Assembly: GCA_902522015.1 (NCBI GenBank)
Contig: CABYTX010000004.1
Span: 1 to 53,190, forward strand
Length of the DNA: 53,190 nucleotides
DNA from: an uncultured Alphaproteobacteria bacterium
GTDB lineage: Bacteria > Pseudomonadota > Alphaproteobacteria > HIMB59 > GCA-002718135
Direction of reading: 5' to 3'
The position numbers were made by a program, and so were the translations under genes. The notes beneath the pieces are model-generated. The model was given only the letters and a program-made list of their open reading frames with translations, did not search any database and was not told the DNA's origin. Shown piece after piece: positions 41,124-51,996 of this stretch (position 1 is its first letter; each line of letters opens with the position of its first letter).

Positions 41124-42415
41124 AATATTCTAACTTTTTTCTTCCAACTATTAAAGATGCGCCATCAGATGCTGAAATAATTTCACATAAATTAATGATC
41201 AGAGCTGGCATGATTAAACAATCTAGTGCCGGTATTTATTCGTGGTTACCTCTAGGTCTACTTGTATTAAAAAAAATTGAACAGATCGTTAGAGAGGAAC
41301 AAAATAATGCAGGAGCAGTAGAACTGCTTATGCCTACGATTCAATCTTCTGATTTATGGATTAAATCAGGAAGATACGATGATTATGGAAAAGAAATGTT
41401 AAGGATTACAGATAGAAGTGGAAGGGAAATGCTTTACGGCCCAACAAATGAAGAATTAATTACAGATATATTTCAATCACATATAAATTCTTACAAAGAT
41501 CTTCCAAAAAATCTTTATCATATTCAATGGAAATTCCGAGATGAAGTTAGGCCTAGGTTTGGAGTAATGCGAGGAAGAGAATTCTTAATGAAAGATAATT
41601 ATTCATTTGATCTTGATGAAAGCGAAGCAAAAAAATCCTATGACAATATGTTCAAAGCATACATAAAAACTTTTATTAGAATGGGTTTAACACCAATTTC
41701 TTTAAGAGCAGAAACAGGACCAATTGGAGGTAACTTAAGTCATGAATTTCAAATACTAGCTAAGACTGGTGAAAGTACACTTTATTATGATAAAAAATTA
41801 GAAACACTAAACCCTGAAACTATAGACCCAAATGAGTTGCAGTCATTTTATGCTGCAGTTGATGATCAACATGATGAAAAAAATTGCCCAATTTCATATG
41901 AAGATCTAAAAATTTCTAAGGGGATTGAAGTGGGTCATATATTTTATTTTGGAACAAAATATTCTGAGAAATTAAACGCATTTGTTCAAGATAAAAGTGG
42001 GAAAAATGTTCCAGTGCATATGGGATCATATGGAATTGGTGTTTCAAGACTTGTGGGTGCAATTATAGAAGCTTATCATGATGAAAAAGGAATAAGGTGG
42101 CCTTTAGAGGTTGCTCCATTTAAGGTTTCCATAGTTAATTTAATGCCAGAAGATCAAGATTGTGCCACAAAATCATCAGAATATTATGAAAATTTTATGA
42201 AAAATAATATTGAAGTCATTTTGGATGATAGAATCTGCAGTATAGGAAAAAAATTATCTGATAATGAATTAATTGGTACACCATATCAAATTATTATTGG
42301 CAAAAGAGATTTAAAAGATAATTTAGTAGAAATAAAAAATCGACAAAATAATGAAAGTGAAAAAATTTCATCCAGTAGTGTAATTGATTTTATTAATAAT
42401 AAGTTAAAAAAATAG
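41120..42415 (+). CDS. proS: Proline-tRNA ligase (short type, no editing domain)
   Basis: GIYSWLPLG, GPTNEE, QWKFRDEVRPRFGVMRGREF, GSYGIGVSR. Confidence 0.97.
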   Translation: MKYSNFFLPTIKDAPSDAEIISHKLMIRAGMIKQSSAGIYSWLPLGLLVLKKIEQIVREEQNNAGAVELLMPTIQSSDLWIKSGRYDDYGKEMLRITDRSGREMLYGPTNEELITDIFQSHINSYKDLPKNLYHIQWKFRDEVRPRFGVMRGREFLMKDNYSFDLDESEAKKSYDNMFKAYIKTFIRMGLTPISLRAETGPIGGNLSHEFQILAKTGESTLYYDKKLETLNPETIDPNELQSFYAAVDDQHDEKNCPISYEDLKISKGIEVGHIFYFGTKYSEKLNAFVQDKSGKNVPVHMGSYGIGVSRLVGAIIEAYHDEKGIRWPLEVAPFKVSIVNLMPEDQDCATKSSEYYENFMKNNIEVILDDRICSIGKKLSDNELIGTPYQIIIGKRDLKDNLVEIKNRQNNESEKISSSSVIDFINNKLKK

Positions 42416-43666
42416 ATGATTTCTAAATCAGAACGATTACTGATTTTTAGGTTCTTACTTTCTAAGAAATCTGATGGCTATGTGTCTATTTTCGCTTGGT
42501 TTTCAATAATAGGTATAAGTTTAGGAGTAGCAGCAATTATTATAGTAATGTCTGTTATGAATGGTTTTAGAATTGATCTAACTAACAGAATTATTGGACT
42601 TAATTCACACCTTAATGTTTATAGTTTTGATAATGAGATAACAAATAAGCAAGCTGATGAACTCATATTGAATATTGATAATTCTTTTTTTTACCAACAC
42701 TACAAATCTATTGAAACAAATGGATTAATTATTAAATCAAATAACTCAAAAGGTGTTATGATCAAAGGCTATGACGAATATGATAAAAATCATTATTTGT
42801 TTAATTCAATTAATAAGGGCGCATTAATTCAAAATCCAAAAAGTGAAATATTAATTGGAGATTCCTTAGCGAATGAAATGAATTTAAATGTTGGAGACAA
42901 GGTTAAAATTGCAATCCCAAAGACTGATAAAACAATATTAGGTAATATTCCAAGATTCAAAACATTAGAAGTAGTAGGTATATTTGATTTAGGTTTATAT
43001 GAATATGACTTCAATTTAATTTTTCTATCTTCAGAACTTGTTAGAAAATTACTCTTATATGATCAATATATATACAACAAAATTGAATTCTTTACAAAAT
43101 CTCCTAATGAAATCGAATTATTTAAAAATAAAGTGCAATTAGAAATATCTAATCTTCTATTAAATTTTTATTCAATATCTTGGAAGGATCAAAACAAAAG
43201 TTTAATAAATGCACTTAAAGTGGAAAAGAATGTTATGTTTATTATTCTTTCTTTAATTATCTTAGTTGCATCATTAAATATTATTTCAGGATTAATTATA
43301 TTTGTAAAAGAAAAAAACAAAGACATTGGAATTTTAAAAACTATTGGAATGAGTAATAAAAGTATTATAAAAATATTTTTCACTATTGGAGTCTCAATTG
43401 GTTTGATTGGATCTTTAATTGGTTTAATAATTGGAATACTTTTCACAATAAATATAAAATCAATTCAAAGTTTTTTAGAATATTTACTTGGAACAAAATT
43501 GTTTTCTGAAGAAGTGTATTATTTATCATCTTTACCTTCAAAAATTAGTGTCAATGAGGTTGTTTATGTACTTTGTGTGGCAATAATCATATCAATTATC
43601 TCAACTATTTTTCCAGCTTTAAGTTCAGCTAGAATAGATCCTGTTAAAAGTTTAAGAAGTGAATAA
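42416..43666 (+). CDS. lolE: Lipoprotein-releasing ABC transporter permease LolC/E
   Basis: GISLGVAAIIIVMSVMNGF, EKNVMF, DIGILKTIG, YYLSSLP, DPVKSLR. Confidence 0.92.
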   Translation: MISKSERLLIFRFLLSKKSDGYVSIFAWFSIIGISLGVAAIIIVMSVMNGFRIDLTNRIIGLNSHLNVYSFDNEITNKQADELILNIDNSFFYQHYKSIETNGLIIKSNNSKGVMIKGYDEYDKNHYLFNSINKGALIQNPKSEILIGDSLANEMNLNVGDKVKIAIPKTDKTILGNIPRFKTLEVVGIFDLGLYEYDFNLIFLSSELVRKLLLYDQYIYNKIEFFTKSPNEIELFKNKVQLEISNLLLNFYSISWKDQNKSLINALKVEKNVMFIILSLIILVASLNIISGLIIFVKEKNKDIGILKTIGMSNKSIIKIFFTIGVSIGLIGSLIGLIIGILFTINIKSIQSFLEYLLGTKLFSEEVYYLSSLPSKISVNEVVYVLCVAIIISIISTIFPALSSARIDPVKSLRSE

Positions 43667-44348
43667 TAAATATTTATTAGAGATATCCAATTTAGGTAAA
43701 CATTATTCTAATGAAAATAATTTAAAAATTGAGATAATTAAAAATCTAAATTTTAAATTAATGCAAAATACTAAAGTTTCGATAGTGGGTCCTTCGGGTT
43801 CTGGTAAAACAACTTTTCTGAATATTATCGGTTTACTTGATTCAGAATATGATGGAGACTTTTTTTTTAAAAATAAAGATATTTCTTTATGCTCTAAAGA
43901 TGAAACGAATCAAATTAGAGGATTATCAATTGGTTTTATTCATCAATTTTTTCATCTGATTCCTGAACTCACAGTGATTGAAAATGTTATGCTACCATTA
44001 TTAATCAATAAAAATGAAAAGAAAAGTTATGAAATTTCTAAAAAACTACTTCTTGAATTTGGTTTAGATGAAAGGATTAACTATAAACCTTTAAAATTAT
44101 CAGGAGGCGAGCAGCAAAGAGTCGCTATTGCAAGATCTTTAGTAAATAATCCAGATTTAATTTTAGCTGACGAGATGACTGGAAATCTTGATGAAGATAC
44201 TGCTAACAACATTTTTAATTTTTTTATAAATTATATCGAACAAAATAAAAAAACTTTAGTATATGTTACTCATAATAAAACTTATTCTATTCTAGCTGAT
44301 GAAATTTATTATTTTAAAAATAAAAAAATACATTTAAAGAATGAATAA
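43659..44348 (+). CDS. lolD: Lipoprotein-releasing ABC transporter ATPase
   Basis: GPSGSGKT, GFIHQFFHL, LSGGEQQRVAIAR, ADEMTGNLD. Confidence 0.92.
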   Translation: MNNKYLLEISNLGKHYSNENNLKIEIIKNLNFKLMQNTKVSIVGPSGSGKTTFLNIIGLLDSEYDGDFFFKNKDISLCSKDETNQIRGLSIGFIHQFFHLIPELTVIENVMLPLLINKNEKKSYEISKKLLLEFGLDERINYKPLKLSGGEQQRVAIARSLVNNPDLILADEMTGNLDEDTANNIFNFFINYIEQNKKTLVYVTHNKTYSILADEIYYFKNKKIHLKNE

Positions 44349-47300
44349 TCCTTTTATTCATTTACGATCTTTATCTTCATATTCTTTATCTGAAAGTACG
44401 CTAAAAATTAATAATTTAGTAGATCTTGCTAAAAAAAATGACATGCCTGCAATTGCCATTACTGATAATAATAATATGTTTGGAGTTTTTGAATTTTCTA
44501 AAGAATGTGTAAAAAATAATATTCAACCTATAATTGGAACTTCAATAAATTTACTAGATATTATTGTAAATAATCAAATTTCCCAAGTTACATTTTTAGT
44601 AAAAAATGAAATTGGATATAGAAATCTATTAGAATTAAGCTCACTTTCTCATCTTAATGAAGGAAATAATATTGGTATAAACTTTTCACAATTAGAAAAA
44701 TTTTCTGAAGGCTTATTCTGTTATATAGGTGGTGAATTTAATCCATTACTTTTATTAAACAAAGAAAACAAAAAAAAAGATATCATTCAATTAATAGGTA
44801 ATTTTAAAAAAGTTTTTAAGCAAAATTTTCTTTTTGAAATTCAGAGAATTAATGATCAAAATATCGATGTTTTTGAAAAAGAATTTATTAATTTATCAAA
44901 AGAATTTGACATACCTCTTATTGGTTCAAATAATATTAAGTATGCTACTAAAGATGATTATTCAGCTCATGATGCATTACTATGTATTGCTCAAAAATCT
45001 ACAATTAACAATTCTCAAAGAAATACCTCAAATGAAAATATTTATTTTAAATCAAACGAAGAAATGTCTTCAAATTTTGAAGATATTCCTGAGATAATAA
45101 AAAATAATTTAAATATTGCTCTATCTTGTAATTATTTTCCTGAATCAACAAAACCCCAATTACCTGAATTTAAAAATGATTTAAATTTATCAGCAGAAGA
45201 TTTTTTATTAAAATCCTCAGAACTGGGACTTAAAAAAAAAATAAAAGAAAAGAATATTAAGAATATACAAATGTATAGCGATAGATTGAAATATGAAAAT
45301 GAAATAATAATTAGAATGGGTTTCGCAGGATACTTTTTAATAGTAGCAGATTTTGTTAATTGGGCTAAGGAGCAATTTATTCCTGTTGGCCCTGGAAGAG
45401 GATCGGGTGCTGGCAGTTTAGTAGCTTGGTGTTTAGGAATAACTGATCTCGATCCACTAGAGTATGATTTATTATTTGAAAGATTCTTAAATCCAGAAAG
45501 AGTGTCAATGCCAGATTTTGATATAGATTTTTGTCAAACTAGAAGAGATGAAGTTATTGAATATGTAAATAATAAATATGGAAGTGAATGTGTAGCTCAT
45601 ATAATTACATTTGGTACCCTAGCATCAAGAGCTGCGGTAAGAGATATAGGTAGGGTTTTAGAAGTTCCGTATGGAGAAGTAGATTCTTTTGCTAAACTAA
45701 TCCCTTTTAATCCATCAAATCCACTTACTCTAAGTGACTCTATTAAATCTGAAAAAAGTTTGCAAGAAAGGATAAGTAGTGATGAAAGAATTTCAAATAT
45801 TATTGATGTAAGTTTAAAAATTGAGGGAACTCACAGACATGCTTCAACCCATGCTGCTGGTGTTGTGATTGGTCATGAAAAGTTATCTAAGGTAGTTCCT
45901 TTATACAAAGATCAAAATACCAATACAAATGCCACACAATTTTCTATGAAGTATGTTGAAGAAGCAGGTTTAATAAAATTTGATTTTCTTGGTTTAACTA
46001 CATTATCCATTATCGATGATTGCGTAAAATTAATAGTAAAAGAAAATAAAAATTTTTTAATAAATAAAATATCTCTTAATGATAAAAAAACCTATGATCA
46101 GTTAAGTAAGGGTGACACAGTAGGAATATTCCAATTAGAAAGTAATGGTATGGGTAGCGTCCTTCGCCAATTGCAACCTGATAGATTTGAAGAGATAATT
46201 GCTGTAGTTGCCTTGTTTAGACCTGGGCCAATGGATAACATTCCTTCTTTTTGTAATAGAAAACATGGACGTGAAGAAATTAAATATCTTCATTCTATGT
46301 TAGAACACGTCTTAAAAGAAACTTATGGAATTATTGTTTATCAAGAACAAGTAATGCAGATTGCGCAAGTTTTATCAAATTATTCTTTGGGTGAGGCAGA
46401 TTTACTTAGAAGAGCAATGGGAAAAAAAATTCAAAAAGAAATGGATATGCAAAAATCAAGATTTATAGAAGGTGCTGTTCAAAATAATATTGAAAAAAGA
46501 GAAGCTTCAAAGATATTTGATTTAGTGGATAAATTTGCTGGCTATGGTTTTAATAAAAGCCATGCAGCAGCATATGCTTTAATATCTTATCAAACTGCTT
46601 ATTTAAAAGCAAACTTTCCGCATGAATTTCTTACAGCTACATTAAATTATTCAATAGATAGAACAGAAAAAATTATTCTTCTAAAACAAGAAATTGAGAG
46701 ATTAAATATTAAATTTTTAAAACCAGACATAAATTATTCAGAGCCACTATTTTCAATTGAAACAAATGATAATCTAAAATCAATAAGATTTGGATTAGCA
46801 GCAATTAAGGGTGTTGGTTTGAAATCAATTTCAGGTGTGGTAGACGAAAGGAATAAAAATGGAAAATTTAAGAATATTATAGATTTTATGAATAGAGTTT
46901 CCAAAGAAGTAATAAATAAAAGGCAACTTGAAAAACTTATTCAAGCTGGAGCTTTTGATAGTATTGAATATAATAGATCAAAATTATTTAATAATGTTAC
47001 AAAATTCATAGAATTATATGGTGTAGAAAAAAATATAAATCAAGAAATGTTATTTGAAGATAATGATATTTCTTTTGATGATAAAAATTTATTTAATCAA
47101 AATTTTAAAAAATGGAAAAATTCAGAAATTTTATCTAATGAACTTGAGGTTATTGGATTTTATTTTTCTGATCATCCACTTAATCATTATCCGAGAAAAT
47201 TTTTTGAATTAGAAAATATTAAACCTCTTAAAGATTATTCTGATAGTGATCAAACTAATTCTTTGAAAATTTGTGGAGCAATTTTAGATATTAAAGAAAG

Positions 47301-47745
47301 ATCAAATAAAGATGGAAAAAAATATGCATTCATTACAGTTTCAGAAATAGGTTATCAGTTTGAATTAACAATATTTAGTGAAAATTTATATAAGTATCGA
47401 CCTATTTTAAAAGAGGGTAATCTATTAATATTTACAATAGATATTGTAAAAAATAATTCAGACACCCGTTTTATAATTAGAACTATTTCTCTTCTTGATG
47501 ATTTTTTTACTAAAAATAAATATAAGTTTAATATTTATGTGGATATGAATAACATTAATGAATTGAAGAAAAGTATTTTTGAAAACAAAAAAAACAGCAA
47601 CTCAGATAATCATATTGACCTTTTTGTTACTTTAGATCAAAAATTGATAAACTTTGATTTTAAACAATATTCTATTCAGTCATACAAAAAACTTGATGAG
47701 CTAAATAAAGCAAAAATGTTAGATTATTCTTTAGAAATATCTTGA
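44341..47745 (+). CDS. dnaE: DNA polymerase III alpha subunit
   Basis: PHP domain, GPGRGSGAGS, ERVSMPDFDIDF, HAAGVVI, KFDFLGL, YGFNKSHAAAY. Confidence 0.98.
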   Translation: MNNPFIHLRSLSSYSLSESTLKINNLVDLAKKNDMPAIAITDNNNMFGVFEFSKECVKNNIQPIIGTSINLLDIIVNNQISQVTFLVKNEIGYRNLLELSSLSHLNEGNNIGINFSQLEKFSEGLFCYIGGEFNPLLLLNKENKKKDIIQLIGNFKKVFKQNFLFEIQRINDQNIDVFEKEFINLSKEFDIPLIGSNNIKYATKDDYSAHDALLCIAQKSTINNSQRNTSNENIYFKSNEEMSSNFEDIPEIIKNNLNIALSCNYFPESTKPQLPEFKNDLNLSAEDFLLKSSELGLKKKIKEKNIKNIQMYSDRLKYENEIIIRMGFAGYFLIVADFVNWAKEQFIPVGPGRGSGAGSLVAWCLGITDLDPLEYDLLFERFLNPERVSMPDFDIDFCQTRRDEVIEYVNNKYGSECVAHIITFGTLASRAAVRDIGRVLEVPYGEVDSFAKLIPFNPSNPLTLSDSIKSEKSLQERISSDERISNIIDVSLKIEGTHRHASTHAAGVVIGHEKLSKVVPLYKDQNTNTNATQFSMKYVEEAGLIKFDFLGLTTLSIIDDCVKLIVKENKNFLINKISLNDKKTYDQLSKGDTVGIFQLESNGMGSVLRQLQPDRFEEIIAVVALFRPGPMDNIPSFCNRKHGREEIKYLHSMLEHVLKETYGIIVYQEQVMQIAQVLSNYSLGEADLLRRAMGKKIQKEMDMQKSRFIEGAVQNNIEKREASKIFDLVDKFAGYGFNKSHAAAYALISYQTAYLKANFPHEFLTATLNYSIDRTEKIILLKQEIERLNIKFLKPDINYSEPLFSIETNDNLKSIRFGLAAIKGVGLKSISGVVDERNKNGKFKNIIDFMNRVSKEVINKRQLEKLIQAGAFDSIEYNRSKLFNNVTKFIELYGVEKNINQEMLFEDNDISFDDKNLFNQNFKKWKNSEILSNELEVIGFYFSDHPLNHYPRKFFELENIKPLKDYSDSDQTNSLKICGAILDIKERSNKDGKKYAFITVSEIGYQFELTIFSENLYKYRPILKEGNLLIFTIDIVKNNSDTRFIIRTISLLDDFFTKNKYKFNIYVDMNNINELKKSIFENKKNSNSDNHIDLFVTLDQKLINFDFKQYSIQSYKKLDELNKAKMLDYSLEIS

Positions 47746-47788
47746 AATAATAATAAATTATAATAATAGAAATTCCAATTAAATCTAG

Positions 47789-47833
47789 CACACAGAAAAA
47801 ACCGGTGTTTTTATTTCTGTGGAGGTTAAACCG
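47789..47833 (+). promoter_or_regulatory. rpsB 5' leader (S2 autoregulatory structure)
   Basis: CACAGAAA...TTTCTGTG stem enclosing CCGGTG, followed by GAGGTTAAACCGG; ACACA..GGTG..TGTGGAGG..AACC layout of proteobacterial rpsB leaders. Confidence 0.7.
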
Positions 47834-47842
47834 GGAGTTATT

Positions 47843-48598
47843 ATGAATTTACCAGAAGTCAAAATCGAAGATCTTTTAGAATCAGGAGTCCATTTTGGAC
47901 ATAACGTAAGAAGATGGAATCCAAAAATGCAAGAATATATATACGGTGTTAGAAATAACATTCATATTTTTGATTTAAGAATTACTTTAGAATTATTAAA
48001 CACCGCTCTTACTAAAATTCACGAAACTGTTTCAAAATCTGGAAAAATACTTTTCGTTGGGACAAAAAAACAATGCAGTGATGTCGTTAGGGAGTTAGCA
48101 TTAATGAATAATAATTTTTATGTAAATAAAAGATGGTTAGGTGGTACTTTAACAAACTGGAAGACAATCTCAAATTCTATTAAAAGATTAGAGGAGATTG
48201 AATTATTTTTAAAAGATAATGAGTCTTCTAAAAATTTATCAAAAAAAGAATTATTAGATATATCAAGAGAAAAACAAAAACTTGAATTAAATATTGGTGG
48301 TATAAGAAATCTTAATGGTAAACCAGATTTATTAATTGTGTTTGATGTTATTAAGGACAAAATTGCTGTTAGAGAAGCGAATAAACTTAAAATTCCAGTT
48401 GTTGCTATCGTTGATACTAACGCTGATCCAGACAATGTAGATTATATTATACCAGGAAACGATGATGCTTTAAGATCAATAAATCTATACCAAAATTATT
48501 TTTCAGAAACTATTCAAGATGCAATAAATTTTCAAAATAATAATGTTGATAAAGATGAAAACAAAAATCTAGAAAACTTAAAAAAGGAAGATAAATAA
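47843..48598 (+). CDS. rpsB: 30S ribosomal protein S2
   Basis: LLESGVHFGH, WNPKM, FVGTK, RWLGGTLTNW, PGNDDA. The ATG at 47843 is preferred because the GTG at 47819 lies inside the leader. Confidence 0.98.
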   Translation: MNLPEVKIEDLLESGVHFGHNVRRWNPKMQEYIYGVRNNIHIFDLRITLELLNTALTKIHETVSKSGKILFVGTKKQCSDVVRELALMNNNFYVNKRWLGGTLTNWKTISNSIKRLEEIELFLKDNESSKNLSKKELLDISREKQKLELNIGGIRNLNGKPDLLIVFDVIKDKIAVREANKLKIPVVAIVDTNADPDNVDYIIPGNDDALRSINLYQNYFSETIQDAINFQNNNVDKDENKNLENLKKEDK

Positions 48599-49449
48599 TG
48601 GCAAGTGTCACGGAACTAATTAAAGAACTTAGGGAAAAAACAGGTGCAGGATTTTTGGATTGTAAAAAATCTTTAGAACAAAATAATAATGATATTGAGA
48701 AATCAATTGAAGAACTTAGAAAAAAAGGATTAGCAAAAGCATCAAAAAAAAGTGATCGTGCTGCAAATGAAGGAGCAGTGGGCATATATTCAAATACCGA
48801 TATTACTGTTTTATTAAAAGTTAATAGCGAAACTGATTTTGCTGCAAAAAGTGAAACCTTTTTAGATTTCCTGGATAAATTAGGTAATTTTGTTTTAAAA
48901 AATAAAATTTTAATTGATAAAAATCAATTTTTAAATCAAAAATATGAGGAAGGAACAATACAAGATTATTTTAATTCTATGATTGCTAAAATTGGAGAAA
49001 ACTTAATCTTAAATGATTTAATTGTAAAGAATAACAAAAATACCAATTATTCCTTTTATATTCATAACGGTTATAGAAGTAATATAGGAAAAATAATTTC
49101 TTTAGTTGAGTATTCATCTAATAATAATGCTGAAGAGATTCAAACATTATCTAAGAATTTATGTATGCATATTGCGGCAATGAAACCTGATTCATTAGAT
49201 GTTAATGATTTAGATATAAAATTAATTGAAAATGAAGAGAAAATTCAAAGAGAACTTATTTTAAATTCTGGTAAACCATCTAATATAGTAGATAAGATAT
49301 TAGCTGGCAAAATGAAAAAATTCTACAGTGAAGTAACCTTATTAAACCAAGCTTATATTTTAGATCAAGATAAAACTGTTAAAAAAGTAATTGAAGAACA
49401 TTCTAAATTTGAATTTAAAGTGAATTCTTTTGAATTAATTAGTTTATAG
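48598..49449 (+). CDS. tsf: Elongation factor Ts
   Basis: [31 protein letters not shown]. Confidence 0.97.
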   Translation: MASVTELIKELREKTGAGFLDCKKSLEQNNNDIEKSIEELRKKGLAKASKKSDRAANEGAVGIYSNTDITVLLKVNSETDFAAKSETFLDFLDKLGNFVLKNKILIDKNQFLNQKYEEGTIQDYFNSMIAKIGENLILNDLIVKNNKNTNYSFYIHNGYRSNIGKIISLVEYSSNNNAEEIQTLSKNLCMHIAAMKPDSLDVNDLDIKLIENEEKIQRELILNSGKPSNIVDKILAGKMKKFYSEVTLLNQAYILDQDKTVKKVIEEHSKFEFKVNSFELISL

Positions 49450-49450
49450 G

Positions 49451-50152
49451 ATGAATAAAAGAATTCTACTAAAAATATCTGGTGAATCTTTAATGGGCTC
49501 TTCAGATTATGGTATTGATGTTTCCACAATTAATAAAATTTCTAATGAAATTAAAAATGTTTATAAAAAAAAATATCAAATATGTTTAATTATCGGAGGG
49601 GGGAACATATTTAGAGGAATTAAAGGAGCATCTGAAGGTATTGATAGATCTACTTCTGATTACATGGGTATGTTGGCAACAGTTATGAATGCCTTATCAC
49701 TCCAAAGTAGTCTAGAAAAAATTAATGTACCAACGAGAGTGCAATCAGCCATTACTATGTCTCAAATTGCTGAACCATATATAAGGCGACGTGCTATAAG
49801 ACATTTAGAAAGAAACAGAATTGTAATATTTGCAGCTGGAACTGGTAATCCATTTTTTTCTACAGACACTGCAGCTACGTTGAGAGCTTCTGAACTTGAT
49901 TGCAAATTGATTATTAAAGCTACAAAGGTTAATGGGATATATGATAAAGATCCTGTTAAATATAAAAAAGCAAAATTAATCAAAAATATATCCTACAACG
50001 AAGTCATTAATAAGAATTTACAAGTTATGGATTTAACTGCAATTAGTTTAGCAAAAGATACAAAAATTCCAATTTTTATAACAAATATTTTTAACAAAGA
50101 CTCTCTAATTAATGTTTTGAATCGAAAAGGATCATATAGTAAAATAAATTAA
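49451..50152 (+). CDS. pyrH: Uridylate kinase
   Basis: [42 protein letters not shown]. Confidence 0.98.
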   Translation: MNKRILLKISGESLMGSSDYGIDVSTINKISNEIKNVYKKKYQICLIIGGGNIFRGIKGASEGIDRSTSDYMGMLATVMNALSLQSSLEKINVPTRVQSAITMSQIAEPYIRRRAIRHLERNRIVIFAAGTGNPFFSTDTAATLRASELDCKLIIKATKVNGIYDKDPVKYKKAKLIKNISYNEVINKNLQVMDLTAISLAKDTKIPIFITNIFNKDSLINVLNRKGSYSKIN

Positions 50153-50154
50153 AT

Positions 50155-50697
50155 ATGAATGAAATAGAAAGTAAAATGAGTTCTGCTGTTATGCATTTTG
50201 AGAAAGAATTAAATACTTTAAGAACTTCAAGAGCAAATCCATCAATGTTGGATAATATATTTGTTGATGCATATGGATCAAAAACACCTTTAAATCAATT
50301 AGGTAATATATCTGTTCAAGATGCTAATACAATTAACATTCAGATTTGGGATTCAACACTTATAAAAGTAATTGAAAATGCAATTGCAGAATCAAATCTT
50401 GGAATAAATCCTCAAACCGATGGTCAATTAATTAGATTGCCAATCCCAAAACTAAGTGAAGAAAGAAGAAGAGAAATTATAAAAATTGCCTCTGAATTTG
50501 CAGAAAATTCAAAAATTACTATAAGAAATATTAGAAGGGATTTTATTGAAAATTCAAAAAATGAAAAAAAGAACTCAAATCTTTCTGAAGATGAATTAAA
50601 AAGAAATATTAATGAAATACAAAAAGTAACTGATAATAAAATAGATGAAATTGACAAAATATTGGAAACTAAAAAAATAGATATTTTGAAAGTATAG
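50155..50697 (+). CDS. frr: Ribosome recycling factor
   Basis: LRTSRANP, DAYG..TPLNQ, LGINP, PKLSEERR, IRNIRRD. Confidence 0.97.
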   Translation: MNEIESKMSSAVMHFEKELNTLRTSRANPSMLDNIFVDAYGSKTPLNQLGNISVQDANTINIQIWDSTLIKVIENAIAESNLGINPQTDGQLIRLPIPKLSEERRREIIKIASEFAENSKITIRNIRRDFIENSKNEKKNSNLSEDELKRNINEIQKVTDNKIDEIDKILETKKIDILKV

Positions 50698-50699
50698 GT

Positions 50700-51383
50700 T
50701 TGTATAATAATTTAAACCACGTAGCTGTTATACTTGATGGAAATAAGAGGTGGGCAAAAAAAAATAATCTTACTAATAATCATGGATATTTAAAAGGATT
50801 TGAAAATATTAGAAATTTAGTCGAATATTCTTTATCGCTAAAAATATCACACTTAACATTATATACCTTGTCATCTGAAAATTATAATAGATCATCAATT
50901 AATGTCATATATAAAATAATCTATGATAACTTTTCAAAAATATTTGATGAACTTTTAATTAAAAAGGGAGTAAAAATAAAAATCTTTGGTAAAAGAGAAA
51001 ATTTACCTAGCAAAATAATTGAAATTTTTGAGAAGATTGAAAATTTATCTTCGCAAAATAATGCACTTAATTTGCACATTGCATTCAATTACGGATTTAA
51101 AGATGAGATAAAAAATATTGTAAAAAAAATAAAAGAAAATTCTATCAATATTAATTTAGAAGATGAAAAAGAAATAGAATTATTATTTTATTTAGGTCAA
51201 ATTCCTGATCCAGATATATTAATTAGGACAGGGGGTTATCAAAGATTAAGTAATTTTATAATGTATCAGCTTACATATACAGAACTTTTTTTTACTAAAA
51301 CACTATGGCCAGATTTTACAGAAAAAGAATTTAAATCGATAGTTGATGACTATTTAAAAATAAATAGAAAATATGGTCTATAA
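50700..51383 (+). CDS. uppS: Undecaprenyl diphosphate synthase (cis-prenyltransferase)
   Basis: HVAVILDGNKRWA, SSENYNR, PDPDILIRTGG..RLSNF, LWPDF; TTG start. Confidence 0.92.
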   Translation: MYNNLNHVAVILDGNKRWAKKNNLTNNHGYLKGFENIRNLVEYSLSLKISHLTLYTLSSENYNRSSINVIYKIIYDNFSKIFDELLIKKGVKIKIFGKRENLPSKIIEIFEKIENLSSQNNALNLHIAFNYGFKDEIKNIVKKIKENSININLEDEKEIELLFYLGQIPDPDILIRTGGYQRLSNFIMYQLTYTELFFTKTLWPDFTEKEFKSIVDDYLKINRKYGL

Positions 51384-51996
51384 AAATTTGTTATTAAGAT
51401 TTATTTCTTCTATTCTATTTTTGGTAATTTATATTAATATATCTTTATTTAAATTCGATTACGTTTTTTATTTAATTATTTTAATCTATATTTTTGTTAT
51501 AATAGAAATTCTTGTTTATTTTATTAAATATAAAATAATACCTTTAATATATGTATTTATATCATTTATTTTTTTCATATTAAATGATTTTAATGAAACA
51601 ATATTTATTAGTTTCAATCTATTTTTATTTTCTATAATTACTTTTGATACATTTTCATATTTAATTGGTAAACTTATCGGAAAAAACCAATTGATAAAGG
51701 TTAGTCCCAATAAAACAGTAGAGGGTTTCTTTGGAGGCTTTATAATTTCACTAATTTTATCTATTTTTTTATTATATTATTTTGAAATAAAAATTACATT
51801 TAATTTAATTGTTTTCATATTGTTGATTATTTCATCTGGTTTCTTTGGTGATATATTACAATCATATTTTAAAAGAAAAAATAACATAAAAAATTCTAGT
51901 AAACTTATCCCAGGACATGGTGGAGTTTTTGATAGATTTGATAGTTTTTTGTTTTCAATTATTTTTTATTCTATATCTATAAATTTTTTACTATGA
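51373..51996 (+). CDS. cdsA: Phosphatidate cytidylyltransferase
   Basis: DTFSYLIG, VSPNKTVEG, GDILQSYFKR..IKNSSKLIPGHGGVFDRFDS. Confidence 0.93.
   Translation: MVYKNLLLRFISSILFLVIYINISLFKFDYVFYLIILIYIFVIIEILVYFIKYKIIPLIYVFISFIFFILNDFNETIFISFNLFLFSIITFDTFSYLIGKLIGKNQLIKVSPNKTVEGFFGGFIISLILSIFLLYYFEIKITFNLIVFILLIISSGFFGDILQSYFKRKNNIKNSSKLIPGHGGVFDRFDSFLFSIIFYSISINFLL

Noticed and set aside
44341-44480. DnaE PHP domain missing metal-binding histidines (HLRSLSSYS)
   Set aside because: Degenerate PHP sites are common in proteobacterial DnaE, which rely on DnaQ for proofreading.
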